DNA of 64,000 nucleotides from assembly GCA_963793205.1 (NCBI GenBank), contig CAWBZM010000001.1:2354-66353 (forward strand), written 5' to 3'. Position numbers and translations under genes: made by a program. Of this stretch, positions 39,239 to 48,182 are shown piece by piece. This DNA comes from an uncultured Gemmatimonadales bacterium. GTDB lineage: Bacteria; Gemmatimonadota; Gemmatimonadetes; Gemmatimonadales; GWC2-71-9. Within the stretch, counting starts at the first letter, position 1. Each line of letters starts with the position of its first letter. The notes below the pieces were generated by a model. The model was given only the letters and a program-made list of their open reading frames with translations. It did no database searches and was not told the DNA's origin.

Positions 39239-40380
39239 ATGGAATCACTGACGGCTGCTTCTCCGCCTGGCGGGTCATCCAGGCCGGGCCGCGCGAGGTG
39301 GTCGAGGGGCTCGTGCCGCCGGAGCACCGGGGTCCCTCCCCCGCGCTGGCGGCCGCCCTCGCGGCGTGGCCGCACCCGCACTACTGGGGCACCCCGGATC
39401 GGTCCGAACTGGTCCTGATCCGGCCCATCGCCCGGCCCCGTCCGGTGGCCTGGGTGCTTCATGCGGGCCTCTTGCTGGTGACGGTGATCTGCTGCCCTGG
39501 GGGCCGGAGCGGCGTTACGGGGCGCTTTCTCCAGACTCCAGGGCAGCGGCCCTGCCGGGTGGCTCTGGGCCGCCCTGGCATTCTTCCCCGAGTTCCTGTC
39601 CCAGCCGGCGGCGGTGTCTCTGGAGTGGATGGAGCTTCGCCCTGCCGCTGCTGCGGATCCTGCTGGTCCACGAGCTGGGGCATTATGTCGTGGCCCACCG
39701 CTACGCGATCGATGCCTCGCCCCCCTATTTCCTCCCGATCCCTCCCTCCCTCTCCCCGATCGGCAGCCTCGGCGCCTTCCTCCGGCTGCGCTCGGCGGTG
39801 GTCGACCGCCGGCAGCTGCTCGATGTGGGAGCGGCCGGTCCGCTGGCCGGATTCGTGGTGGTGCTGGTGGTGCTGGCCTGGGGCTATGCCACGTCCACTC
39901 CGGTGCCGCACGAGGTGGGCCGGCCCGACAGCTTCATCCGGTTCGCCGGGGGGCACGATTGGCCTGGGCGACTCGCTGCTGACGATGGCCTTCCGACAGT
40001 GGTTCCTGCCCCAGGCGGCCGCGGTACACCTGAGCCCGGCGGCCTTTGCCGGGTGGGCCGGGGCCCTGATCACCGGGCTCAACCTGTTGCCGCTCTCACA
40101 GCTCGACGGTGGGCACGTGGCCTACGGGCTGCTGGGGAAGCGGCAGACGGTGCTGGGATTACTCACGCTGCTGGCCCTGGTCGGGCTCTCCAAGGGGTGG
40201 TCCGCATGGCTGATCTGGGTGGTCCTCACGCTGATGCTCGGCGGCTGGCGCTGGAGTCACCCGTCGGTGCTCTGTCCGGAGCGTCCGGCACCGGCGCAGC
40301 GGCACATTCTTGGCTGGCTCTGCGTTGCCATTCTGATCCTCACCTTTGTCGCGGTGCCTTTCCCCCCGCCTCCTCGCTAG
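39239..40380 (+). CDS. Site-2 protease (M50) family membrane metalloprotease, frameshifted
   Basis: LLVHELGHY and AAGPLAG in ORF 39366-40466; [12 protein letters not shown] in ORF 39298-40380. Confidence 0.88.
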
Positions 40381-40462
40381 GCGGTCTCGCTTCCGCCCAG
40401 CCCGCTTCCGGGCCATACTTAGGCCAACGGCTGTTCCCCCCCCTCCAGCCCGGCATGTATCC

Positions 40463-40645
40463 GTGAGTGAAAGCGAACGCTACCACAAGCTGCGTCACGA
40501 CCTGGCCAATCCCCTCTCTGCGCTCCTGGCGGAGACTCAGCTGCTGCTCCTCAACGAATCGAAGCTGGACCCCGAAACCCTGACCAGCCTGCGGGAGATG
40601 GAAGCACTCGCGGTGCGCATGCGATCGATTTTGCGGGAAGGATGA
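40463..40645 (+). CDS. Stand-alone HisKA (DHp) miniprotein, about 60 aa
   Basis: KLRHDLANPLSALLAETQLL H-box helix plus second helix LREMEALAVRMRSILR; no ATPase domain follows. Confidence 0.7.
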   Translation: MSESERYHKLRHDLANPLSALLAETQLLLLNESKLDPETLTSLREMEALAVRMRSILREG

Positions 40646-40650
40646 GCACT

Positions 40651-40822
40651 GCGGGTGAGAACAGCAGGTGAGAAATGCAGGTGAGAAATGCAGGTGAGAA
40701 CTGCGGGTGAAAGAGGCGGGTGAGAACGGCAGGTGAGGACGGCAGGTGAGAACGGCAGGTGAGGACGGCGCCGCTCTCACCTGCGTTCTCACCCGCTTCT
40801 TTCACCTGCCGTTCTCAGCTGC
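40651..40822. repeat. Nine tandem 13-bp repeats (GCRGGTGAGAACG) followed by about four inverted copies
   Basis: Units start at 40651, 40664, 40677, 40690, 40703, 40716, 40729, 40742 and 40755; inverted (GTTCTCACCTGC-like) units at 40773-40822. Confidence 0.95.
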
Positions 40823-42588
40823 TGCCGATACCGCCAGCCATTTCCGAGATAGGCCAGCAGCAGCACCACGCTGGCGCCGCTGATGCCCAGCCGGTAGGCC
40901 AGCGGCCCGGTCCCGGCGGAGACAAATCCCTCGATCACTCCCGCCACGATCAGCAGCAGGATCACCGCCGTGATCATGCGCATGGCCAGCCGACCGGCCA
41001 GGGTGAGCGCTTCGCTCCGGGTCAGGTTGCCGGGCGCGATCACCGCTTTGCCGAGCAGGAAGCCCGCCGCGCCCGCCACCCAGATCGCGAACAGTTCGAG
41101 GACTCCGTGCCCGATGATGAAGGTCCAGAGGTAGCCTAACAATCCGACATTGGCGAAGTGCCCGGAGATGGTGCCGACGGAGAGCCCGTTGAAGGCGAGC
41201 AGGACCAGGGAGCCCACGCCGAGGAAGATCCCGCCGGCGAAACAGAAGAATGCCACCTGGATGTTGTTGGTCATGATGGCTGAGGCCATGCCGGGCTGAT
41301 CGGTATCTCCCGCCTCGTAGTACCCCTGGCCGGCCGCGCTCCGGAGGTGTCCCGCCTGGGCCCGCTCCAGCATCCCCTGGGGAATCACATCCTCCGCCAG
41401 GGACGGGCGCTCCCGCAGCAGCAGAAAGCCCCCTGCGGCCGGCACGATGAAGACCAGGAAGGCGAGGAGCACCGCACGCCAGGCTTCCACGATGCCGGCT
41501 GGCGCCTCGCGCAGCAGGTATGTCCAGATCCGCCCACCGACCCGTGGCTCGTCGCGGTAGAGCGCATTGTGTCCGGCGGCCACCAGCCGCCCCAGTCGCA
41601 AGAGGACCGGGGGCTGGGCCTGGTAGGTGCGTGCCCGCGCGAGATCGGCGGCCACCTCGCGATAGCGGGCGGCAAAGTCGGGGAGTTCCTCCGCCGCGAA
41701 GCTGTCGAGCCCATCGCGGGTGGCCCGGGTCGCCATCACCTCGAATGCGTCCCATCGGCCCGACTGCCGGGTGACCAGCCGTTCGGCCACCCCGCCCCCG
41801 GCCGCGCGCCGGGTCTCGCCGCCGGCCGCCCGTGATCCGAAGCGTCCCCGTCGGCGGCCCAGCTCCTCCTGATATATCGCGGCGAGAAAGGCTTCGGGGT
41901 CGGGTTCCCGCACCGGGAAACGGGCGGCCAGTCGTTCGGTCAGGCGAGCCGCGACGCGGCCACGCACCTCGGCCGGCAGGGTGGCGGCCCGCTCGGTGAA
42001 TTCGCGCAGCAGTCGGAATTCCTCGTCGGCCAGCTCGGGGACACCCGTCAGCTCGTCGCCATCGGTCGCGGCTGTCGTGAGGGCCGCCGCCGTCGGTTGC
42101 AAGGCCTCGGCCGGCCGGTCGCGGACGACCACGGTGCCCGCGACCAGATCGCCGAGCCGGCGGGCCCGCGGGTGGATCGCGACGAAGAGGGCCCCAATCA
42201 GATACGGCGGCGGGAGGAAGTCGGCGACCCGGACGAGGTTCCGGGTGGCGGCAGCGCCGAAGGTGATGGCATGCCCGGTCTCGCTGACCACCCGGATTCC
42301 GGCCCGCCGTTTCCCGGGCGTCTGGCCACCCCGGAACCCTTCGAAGAAGGTGAAATAGCCCCACCACGAGACGAACACGATGATGCCGAGGAGGGCACCG
42401 GTCCAGCCCGACCCGGGGAGGAGCCAGGACACGAGCAGCAGGATGGCGACCATCCAGGCCGCCAGGATCAGGAGGTCGAGCAGGGCGGCAAACGCCCGCG
42501 ACCCGAGGCCCGCCACCTCGTAGTCGAGGACGACGTGCTCGGGGGTTTCGACCTCGAGATGCTGACGGTAATCAGGAGTCGTGCTCAT
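40789..42588 (-). CDS. RDD domain - SpoIIM (DUF95) fusion membrane protein
   Basis: ETPEHV..AGLGSRAFAALLD, GQTPGKR, RRLGDLVAGT (RDD); IMTNNIQVAF, HGVLELFAI, AGVIEGFVS (SpoIIM). Confidence 0.9.
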   Translation of the reverse strand: MSTTPDYRQHLEVETPEHVVLDYEVAGLGSRAFAALLDLLILAAWMVAILLLVSWLLPGSGWTGALLGIIVFVSWWGYFTFFEGFRGGQTPGKRRAGIRVVSETGHAITFGAAATRNLVRVADFLPPPYLIGALFVAIHPRARRLGDLVAGTVVVRDRPAEALQPTAAALTTAATDGDELTGVPELADEEFRLLREFTERAATLPAEVRGRVAARLTERLAARFPVREPDPEAFLAAIYQEELGRRRGRFGSRAAGGETRRAAGGGVAERLVTRQSGRWDAFEVMATRATRDGLDSFAAEELPDFAARYREVAADLARARTYQAQPPVLLRLGRLVAAGHNALYRDEPRVGGRIWTYLLREAPAGIVEAWRAVLLAFLVFIVPAAGGFLLLRERPSLAEDVIPQGMLERAQAGHLRSAAGQGYYEAGDTDQPGMASAIMTNNIQVAFFCFAGGIFLGVGSLVLLAFNGLSVGTISGHFANVGLLGYLWTFIIGHGVLELFAIWVAGAAGFLLGKAVIAPGNLTRSEALTLAGRLAMRMITAVILLLIVAGVIEGFVSAGTGPLAYRLGISGASVVLLLAYLGNGWRYRQQLRTAGERSG

Positions 42589-42691
42589 GTCGCGCGGGTC
42601 GGGGACAGCTTCAATAGTAGTCGTAACGGTTCACTTCCCAACCTCCGTCGGGGTGGGCATCTTCCACGCCTCACCCGCTTCGGAGCCCTGC

Positions 42692-43465
42692 ATGACTGCA
42701 CCGGTATTGCGACCGCTCTCGCTGGGGGAAATCCTGGACGTGGCCTTCGGGCTGTACCGCGCGCTGTTCGTCCCGCTGTTGCTGGTGACCATCGGGACGC
42801 AGGGCCTGCCGATGATCCTGTCGATCTATATCACGGCGGAGGGTGGCCCACTGATCAACCTCCCGCTGTACCTCCTCGTGCTGGTGGGCAGTGTGATCGC
42901 GAGTGCCATGGCATCGGCGGCCAGTACGTTCATTCTGTCTGAGAACTATATGGGGCGTCGGCTGACGGCCGGGGAGGCGCTTGGCCGGGCGATGCCGTTT
43001 CTCGGCCGGGTCATCACCCTGGCGTTGCTGACGAGCCTGCTGGTCGGACTGGGCGTGCTGCTGTTCATCGTGCCGGGTCTCATCCTTCTCGCGGGGCTGG
43101 TGCTGGCGACGCCCGCCCTGGTGATCGAAGGACGGCCGCACGCGACCGATGCCATGGGCCGGGCCTGGGCGCTGTCGCGGGGCCACCGCTGGAAGGTATT
43201 CGGCTGCCTGGTGGTGACCATGCTGCTGGTGATTCTGCCGGTCTTCGCTCTGGGAGCCGCGACCTCGGTCGCCAGCTTCAAGAGCGGGAATGTGGTGATG
43301 ACCCCGTCCGTCATGGGGATCCTACTGCTCACGGTCGCCCAGGGGCTCCAGCTGATGATCTATCCACTGCTGTACTGCGTCCTCACCGTGGCCTACTACG
43401 ATCTCCGGGTCCGCAAGGAAGCGTTTGACCTGGAGGTGCTGGCCGCGGGTCTCGTCCAGGCGTGA
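42692..43465 (+). CDS. Multi-pass membrane protein of the type found in MoxR/DUF58 clusters
   Basis: LRPLSLGEILD N-terminus, several TM helices, YYDLRVRKEAFDL C-terminus. Confidence 0.8.
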   Translation: MTAPVLRPLSLGEILDVAFGLYRALFVPLLLVTIGTQGLPMILSIYITAEGGPLINLPLYLLVLVGSVIASAMASAASTFILSENYMGRRLTAGEALGRAMPFLGRVITLALLTSLLVGLGVLLFIVPGLILLAGLVLATPALVIEGRPHATDAMGRAWALSRGHRWKVFGCLVVTMLLVILPVFALGAATSVASFKSGNVVMTPSVMGILLLTVAQGLQLMIYPLLYCVLTVAYYDLRVRKEAFDLEVLAAGLVQA

Positions 43466-44091
43466 TCGCGCAGGCCTCTTCGCCGCCGGTGATCCCCGCT
43501 GATTCGCTGCAGCGGGTAGTCGATTCCATCTTCGCCCAGCCCGCCTATCAGTGGGTGGAGCGCCGCAACCCACTGGCGTTTCTCCGGCGCTGGTTTCTGG
43601 CGCTGCTCGACTGGCTCCGGGGCCTCGAGTCCACCCAGCCCGCGCTGTACTGGTTTCTGTTCAGCGTGCTGGTGGCGCTGCTCGTCGCGATCGTGGTGCA
43701 CGCCGTGGTGGTGATGAGCCGGACGCTGCGGGCCGCCCGCCTCCCGGCGGAGGCGGCCGCCACGCCGCTCGCCCGTACCCGTGGTGCGGCGTGGTACCGC
43801 GCTGAGGCGGTGCGGCTCGCGGCGGCCGGCCGCTATCCCGACGCGATGCAGGCGGACTTCCTGGGTCTGGTGCTGGAACTCGATCAGCGCCATCTACTGC
43901 GGTTCCATCCGAGCAAAACCCCGCGCGAATATTCGCTGGAGTTGCACGCGGGAGAAGGGGGGCGCGACACCTTCCGTGGCCTGGTCGGCACCCTCTACCG
44001 CTGCGCCTTCGCGCGGGCCCCGTGTGGTCCGGCTGAATTTGCCCAGTGGCAGGGCGCGACCCAGGCGGAGCGGTATGCGGCCCCGGTCTGA
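43462..44091 (+). CDS. DUF4129-like membrane protein
   Basis: One TM, then AVRLAAAGRY.DAM...SKTPREY...YRCAFA; position in cluster. Confidence 0.7.
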   Translation: MIAQASSPPVIPADSLQRVVDSIFAQPAYQWVERRNPLAFLRRWFLALLDWLRGLESTQPALYWFLFSVLVALLVAIVVHAVVVMSRTLRAARLPAEAAATPLARTRGAAWYRAEAVRLAAAGRYPDAMQADFLGLVLELDQRHLLRFHPSKTPREYSLELHAGEGGRDTFRGLVGTLYRCAFARAPCGPAEFAQWQGATQAERYAAPV

Positions 44092-45289
44092 GGCGGCCTT
44101 CGCCCTTGGGGCGGTGATGGTCCTGATCGCGCTCGCGGCCGCGGCCGGGGCCCGGGGTCGGTCGGGGACCGAGCAGGATCCCCGGGCCTCGACTTTTCTG
44201 AGCGGGCCGGACGGGGCTCAGGGTCTGGCGGATGGCCTGCGCCGAATGGGCGTGACGGTGGTGTCCTCCCGCCGGTTGCTTCCGGAACTGCGCCGGGATA
44301 CGACGGTGGTCCCCCGGACCCTGGTGGCGTTGCTCAATCCCGCGGTGGGCTATTCCGGGGCGGAGCGGCAGGAGCTGCTGACGTGGGTGGAGGCGCGCAA
44401 GGGGCGGGACCTGCTCCTGGCGGGCCCGATGACCGCCAGCTTCATGCGGTGCTTCGGCTTTGTGCCGGAGCGCCGGCCCCATGGCAGCGTGGAGCTGGAT
44501 CAGACCGGGGTGCGCGCCTGGCCTGCCATGAGCACGGTGCTGGGCACCTCACGCGAGGTCATTGTCGTGGACTCGAGTCGGCAGGCGGATGCCACCGTCA
44601 CCCGATGCGTGGTGCCGCCGGTGGCACGGGTCGACACCCTCCTCACCACTCGCACGGGCCGGGTGGTCGCGGTCCGGTTGTGGCGGGACGACCTGGACCA
44701 GCGCATCCTGCTGGTGGCGGACGACCTCCTCCTGCGGAACCGCGCCCTGCGCGAGACGCCGGCGGGGCCGTTTGCACTCGGCCTCTTCGTCGGCCGCTAC
44801 GACCGGGTCATCTTCGACGAGGAGCACCAGGGATTCGGCCAGGGTGGCTCGCTGCTGGGGGCGATGCTCGACTGGAGTGCCCGTTCGCCCTGGGGGTGGG
44901 CGGTCTGGCAACTGCTGGTGGTCGGATTGCTGGCCCTGCTGGCCGGGGCGGTTCGTTTCGGCCCGGTCCGGCAGGTGCTCGTCCGCCGTCGGCGCTCGCC
45001 GCTGGAGCACGTGCGTGCCCTCGCCACCGCGCTGGCCGCTGCCCGCGGCCATGACGTCGCCATCGGCGCGATCGTCCAGGGTCTGCATCGGCGGCTGCAC
45101 CTCGGTGCCCGGCGCGGCCGAGTCGAGTGGCGGACGTGGGTGGATCGTCTGGCAGGGCAGCTTCGCAGTCCCCGCGCGCAGGACGCCGCGCGCACCTTGC
45201 AGTCCCTGACCCGGCCCGGTCAACCGCCTGAGGGCGTGCTCCGGGCCGCCAACGCCGTGGAGGATGTGTGGCAGGAATTACGCCCCTGA
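44075..45289 (+). CDS. DUF4350-like membrane protein
   Basis: N-terminal TM, STFLSGPDGAQGL, VIFDEEHQG, second TM followed by RFGP, EHVRALA. Confidence 0.72.
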   Translation: MRPRSEAAFALGAVMVLIALAAAAGARGRSGTEQDPRASTFLSGPDGAQGLADGLRRMGVTVVSSRRLLPELRRDTTVVPRTLVALLNPAVGYSGAERQELLTWVEARKGRDLLLAGPMTASFMRCFGFVPERRPHGSVELDQTGVRAWPAMSTVLGTSREVIVVDSSRQADATVTRCVVPPVARVDTLLTTRTGRVVAVRLWRDDLDQRILLVADDLLLRNRALRETPAGPFALGLFVGRYDRVIFDEEHQGFGQGGSLLGAMLDWSARSPWGWAVWQLLVVGLLALLAGAVRFGPVRQVLVRRRRSPLEHVRALATALAAARGHDVAIGAIVQGLHRRLHLGARRGRVEWRTWVDRLAGQLRSPRAQDAARTLQSLTRPGQPPEGVLRAANAVEDVWQELRP

Positions 45290-46248
45290 GTCCCGAGGAA
45301 GTCCGGACCGAGGCCGAGGCCGCGGGCCGGATCATCGACCAGTTGGGTCGTGTCATCCTGGGCCAGGGCCCGGTCCTGCGGGAAGCGGTGCTGGCCCTGA
45401 TGGCGCGGGGGCACGTCCTGTTCGAGGGCGCACCCGGGACGGCCAAGACGCTGCTGGTACGCACTCTCAGCCGCACCCTGGGACTGGTCTTCCGCCGCAT
45501 CCAGTTCACGCCGGACCTGATGCCGAGTGACATCACCGGCGTCAACCTGCTCACCCCCGCCGGGGAGTTCAGCTTTCGGCCCGGCCCGCTGTTCGGGGAC
45601 CTGGTGCTGGGCGACGAGATCAACCGCGCCCCGGCCAAGACCCAGGCGGCGCTGCTGGAGGCGATGCAGGAGCGGCATGTCACCGTCGACGGGACGAGTC
45701 ACGCCCTCTCCGACAGCTTCACGGTGTTCGCCACCCAGAATCCGATCGAGTTCGAAGGGACCTATCCGCTGCCCGAGGCGGAGCTGGACCGGTTCCTGAT
45801 CAAGAGCCTGCTGAGCTATCCCGATGCCGACGCGGAGCAGGGGGTGCTCACCCGCGTCCTGGCGGGATTCGATTCCGCCGAGCCCGAGAGCTTCGGGATC
45901 GCGACGGTCATGGACGCGGCCGGACTGGCCCGGCTGCGGGGCGCGGTCCGCCGGGTGCGGGTCGAGCCGAGCCTGGTGGCCTATATCACCACGCTGGTGC
46001 GCGCGACCCGCGACGCCCCGGCTCTCACCCTGGGCGCTTCGCCCCGGGCGAGTGTGGCGCTGCTCAAGCTGGCGCAGGCGGCGGCGCTCCTCGATGGGCG
46101 GGACTTCGTGATTCCCGATGACGTGAAGCTGCTTGCTCCCCCCGTGCTGCGGCATCGCATCGCCGTCGCCCCCGAACTGGAACTGGAAGGTGTGACGCCG
46201 GACCAGGCGCTGCGCACCATCCTCGAACGCATTGAGGCCCCCCGATGA
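45268..46248 (+). CDS. moxR: MoxR-family AAA+ ATPase
   Basis: GHVLFEGAPGTAKT, RIQFTPDLMPSDITG, DEINRAPAKTQAALLEAM, ATQNPIEFEGTYPLPEAELDRF, GASPRA. Confidence 0.95.
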   Translation: MAGITPLSPEEVRTEAEAAGRIIDQLGRVILGQGPVLREAVLALMARGHVLFEGAPGTAKTLLVRTLSRTLGLVFRRIQFTPDLMPSDITGVNLLTPAGEFSFRPGPLFGDLVLGDEINRAPAKTQAALLEAMQERHVTVDGTSHALSDSFTVFATQNPIEFEGTYPLPEAELDRFLIKSLLSYPDADAEQGVLTRVLAGFDSAEPESFGIATVMDAAGLARLRGAVRRVRVEPSLVAYITTLVRATRDAPALTLGASPRASVALLKLAQAAALLDGRDFVIPDDVKLLAPPVLRHRIAVAPELELEGVTPDQALRTILERIEAPR

Positions 46249-48182
46249 ACCGACCCCTTCGTCTCCTGCTGCTGGTCCTCGGTCTCACCTCCCCGCTGCT
46301 GGCGCAGGAGCCGCCGCGCGGGGTGCGGCGGACCATTCCGATCACCCGGGCCTTCGCGCATGGGCTCCAGCTGGGGACCCGCGACTCGACCGGACTGCCC
46401 GGCCCCAGGTACTGGCAGATCCGGACCGACTACACCCTGACCGCCAGCTATGCGCCAGCGACCGGGATGATCGAAGGGAGCGGAACGGTGGTGCTGCACA
46501 ACCTGTCGGACACCGCACTGTCGCAGATCGTGGTGCAGCTCGACCAGAACCGGTTCACCGCGACCGGTACGCGCACCCGCAATCCGCCGACGGTGTCCCG
46601 CGGCATCACGGTCACTCGGCTGGTGGTCAACGGCGCGGTGATTGACGTCGGGCCACTGCAGCCGGCGTGGGCGGCGCCCACGACAATACGAGTGCCGCTC
46701 CCGGTGCCGATTGCTGCGCAGGCCGACGCCACCATTGCCATGGACTGGGTGGCCGAGGTGGTGGATGTGCCCCTGCGACGCGGCGGCGCCCGGGGCGGGC
46801 GCCGGGGTGCCCAGGTGGTGCAGGCGACGCAATGGTATCCTGCGATCGCAGTGTACGATGATCTACGGGGGTGGGACCAGGAGCCACACCTGGGGGGCAG
46901 CGAGTTCTATCACAACTTCGGCTCCTATGATGTCACCCTTGATCTGCCCGCCGGCTGGCTGGTCGGCGCAACGGGAGGCCTGGTGAACGCCGGGGAGGTA
47001 CTGACGCCGACGGTGCGGGACCGGCTGACGGCGGTGTTGGCCAGCGACACCCAGATGACCATCGTCGCGGCCGACGAGCGGGGCGCCGGTCTGGCCACGC
47101 TGGGAGGCGAGCGGCTGCGCTGGCATTTCGTGGCGGACTCGGTGAACGACTTCGCCTGGGCGGCCTCGGCCGACTACGTGTGGGAAGCGACCCGCGCCAT
47201 GATTCCCCAGCGCGGTGCCATTCCGATCCATCTCCTGTATTTGCCGGAGCACGACCGGTATCGACAGACGGGGGCGATGGCGCGCCACGCGCTCGAGTTC
47301 TATTCGGCCCTCTGGTTTCCCTATGCCTGGCCGCAGTTCACCCAGGCCGATGGTCCCGAAGGGGGCATGGAATATCCGATGCTCACGCTGAGCGGCCCCG
47401 GGTTTGGCGTCACCGACCACGAGATCGGGCACCAGTGGTGGCCCATGATGGTGGGCACCAATGAGACCTGGTACGGCTGGATGGATGAAGGGTTCAATCA
47501 GTACATGAACCTCCTCAGTGAGGCGGACTGGAAGCACCAGGCGGTCCAGCTGGACAGCCTCGGCGGCAGCGCGGGGCTGACGGCGGGCGAGGAGGCCCAG
47601 GCGCCGATGATGTGGAACAACAACTACGGCGGGCCCTTTACCAGTTACGTCACCTACCGGCGAGCCCCGATGATGCTGTCGATGCTGGGCGCCATGGTGG
47701 GCGATAGTGTTGTGGTGCAGGCCATGCGGAACTACGCGATACTCTGGCGATTCAAGCATCCCTCGCCGTGGGATTTCATGTTCGGCATGAACCGGTTCCT
47801 GCGGCAGGACCTGGGATGGTTCTGGTACTACTGGCTCTTCACCACCGAATCGAGTGACGGCAGCATCAGTAGCGTGACGACGAAGGGCGGCCGCACGACG
47901 GTGATGGTACGCCAGAACGGCGAGATGCCCGCGCCGATCGTCCTGCAGGTCGAGTTCGCACCCGATGGTCCGGCCCCCCGACCGATGAAGAACGCGGAGA
48001 TCACCGGGCGAACCGCCGTGGTGCGCTGGCCGGTCGACGTGTGGTTCAGCGGCCAGCGCACCTTCGCGGCGGAGCTCAACTTCGGCAGCGCGAAGATTGC
48101 CCGCATCACGCTGGATCCCGGCGTGCGCTTTCCCGATCAGGACCGAAGTGACAACGTGTGGCCCCGTGAGGCCGCACCCTGA
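46245..48182 (+). CDS. Secreted M1-family zinc aminopeptidase
   Basis: Signal peptide, GGMEYP, HEIGH...WMDEG (HEXXH-18-E), WRFKHPSPWDF. Confidence 0.88.
   Translation: MNRPLRLLLLVLGLTSPLLAQEPPRGVRRTIPITRAFAHGLQLGTRDSTGLPGPRYWQIRTDYTLTASYAPATGMIEGSGTVVLHNLSDTALSQIVVQLDQNRFTATGTRTRNPPTVSRGITVTRLVVNGAVIDVGPLQPAWAAPTTIRVPLPVPIAAQADATIAMDWVAEVVDVPLRRGGARGGRRGAQVVQATQWYPAIAVYDDLRGWDQEPHLGGSEFYHNFGSYDVTLDLPAGWLVGATGGLVNAGEVLTPTVRDRLTAVLASDTQMTIVAADERGAGLATLGGERLRWHFVADSVNDFAWAASADYVWEATRAMIPQRGAIPIHLLYLPEHDRYRQTGAMARHALEFYSALWFPYAWPQFTQADGPEGGMEYPMLTLSGPGFGVTDHEIGHQWWPMMVGTNETWYGWMDEGFNQYMNLLSEADWKHQAVQLDSLGGSAGLTAGEEAQAPMMWNNNYGGPFTSYVTYRRAPMMLSMLGAMVGDSVVVQAMRNYAILWRFKHPSPWDFMFGMNRFLRQDLGWFWYYWLFTTESSDGSISSVTTKGGRTTVMVRQNGEMPAPIVLQVEFAPDGPAPRPMKNAEITGRTAVVRWPVDVWFSGQRTFAAELNFGSAKIARITLDPGVRFPDQDRSDNVWPREAAP

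Noticed and set aside
40651..40822. CRISPR array
   Set aside because: Units are 13 bp, contiguous, without unique spacers, followed by inverted copies; no cas genes in the window.
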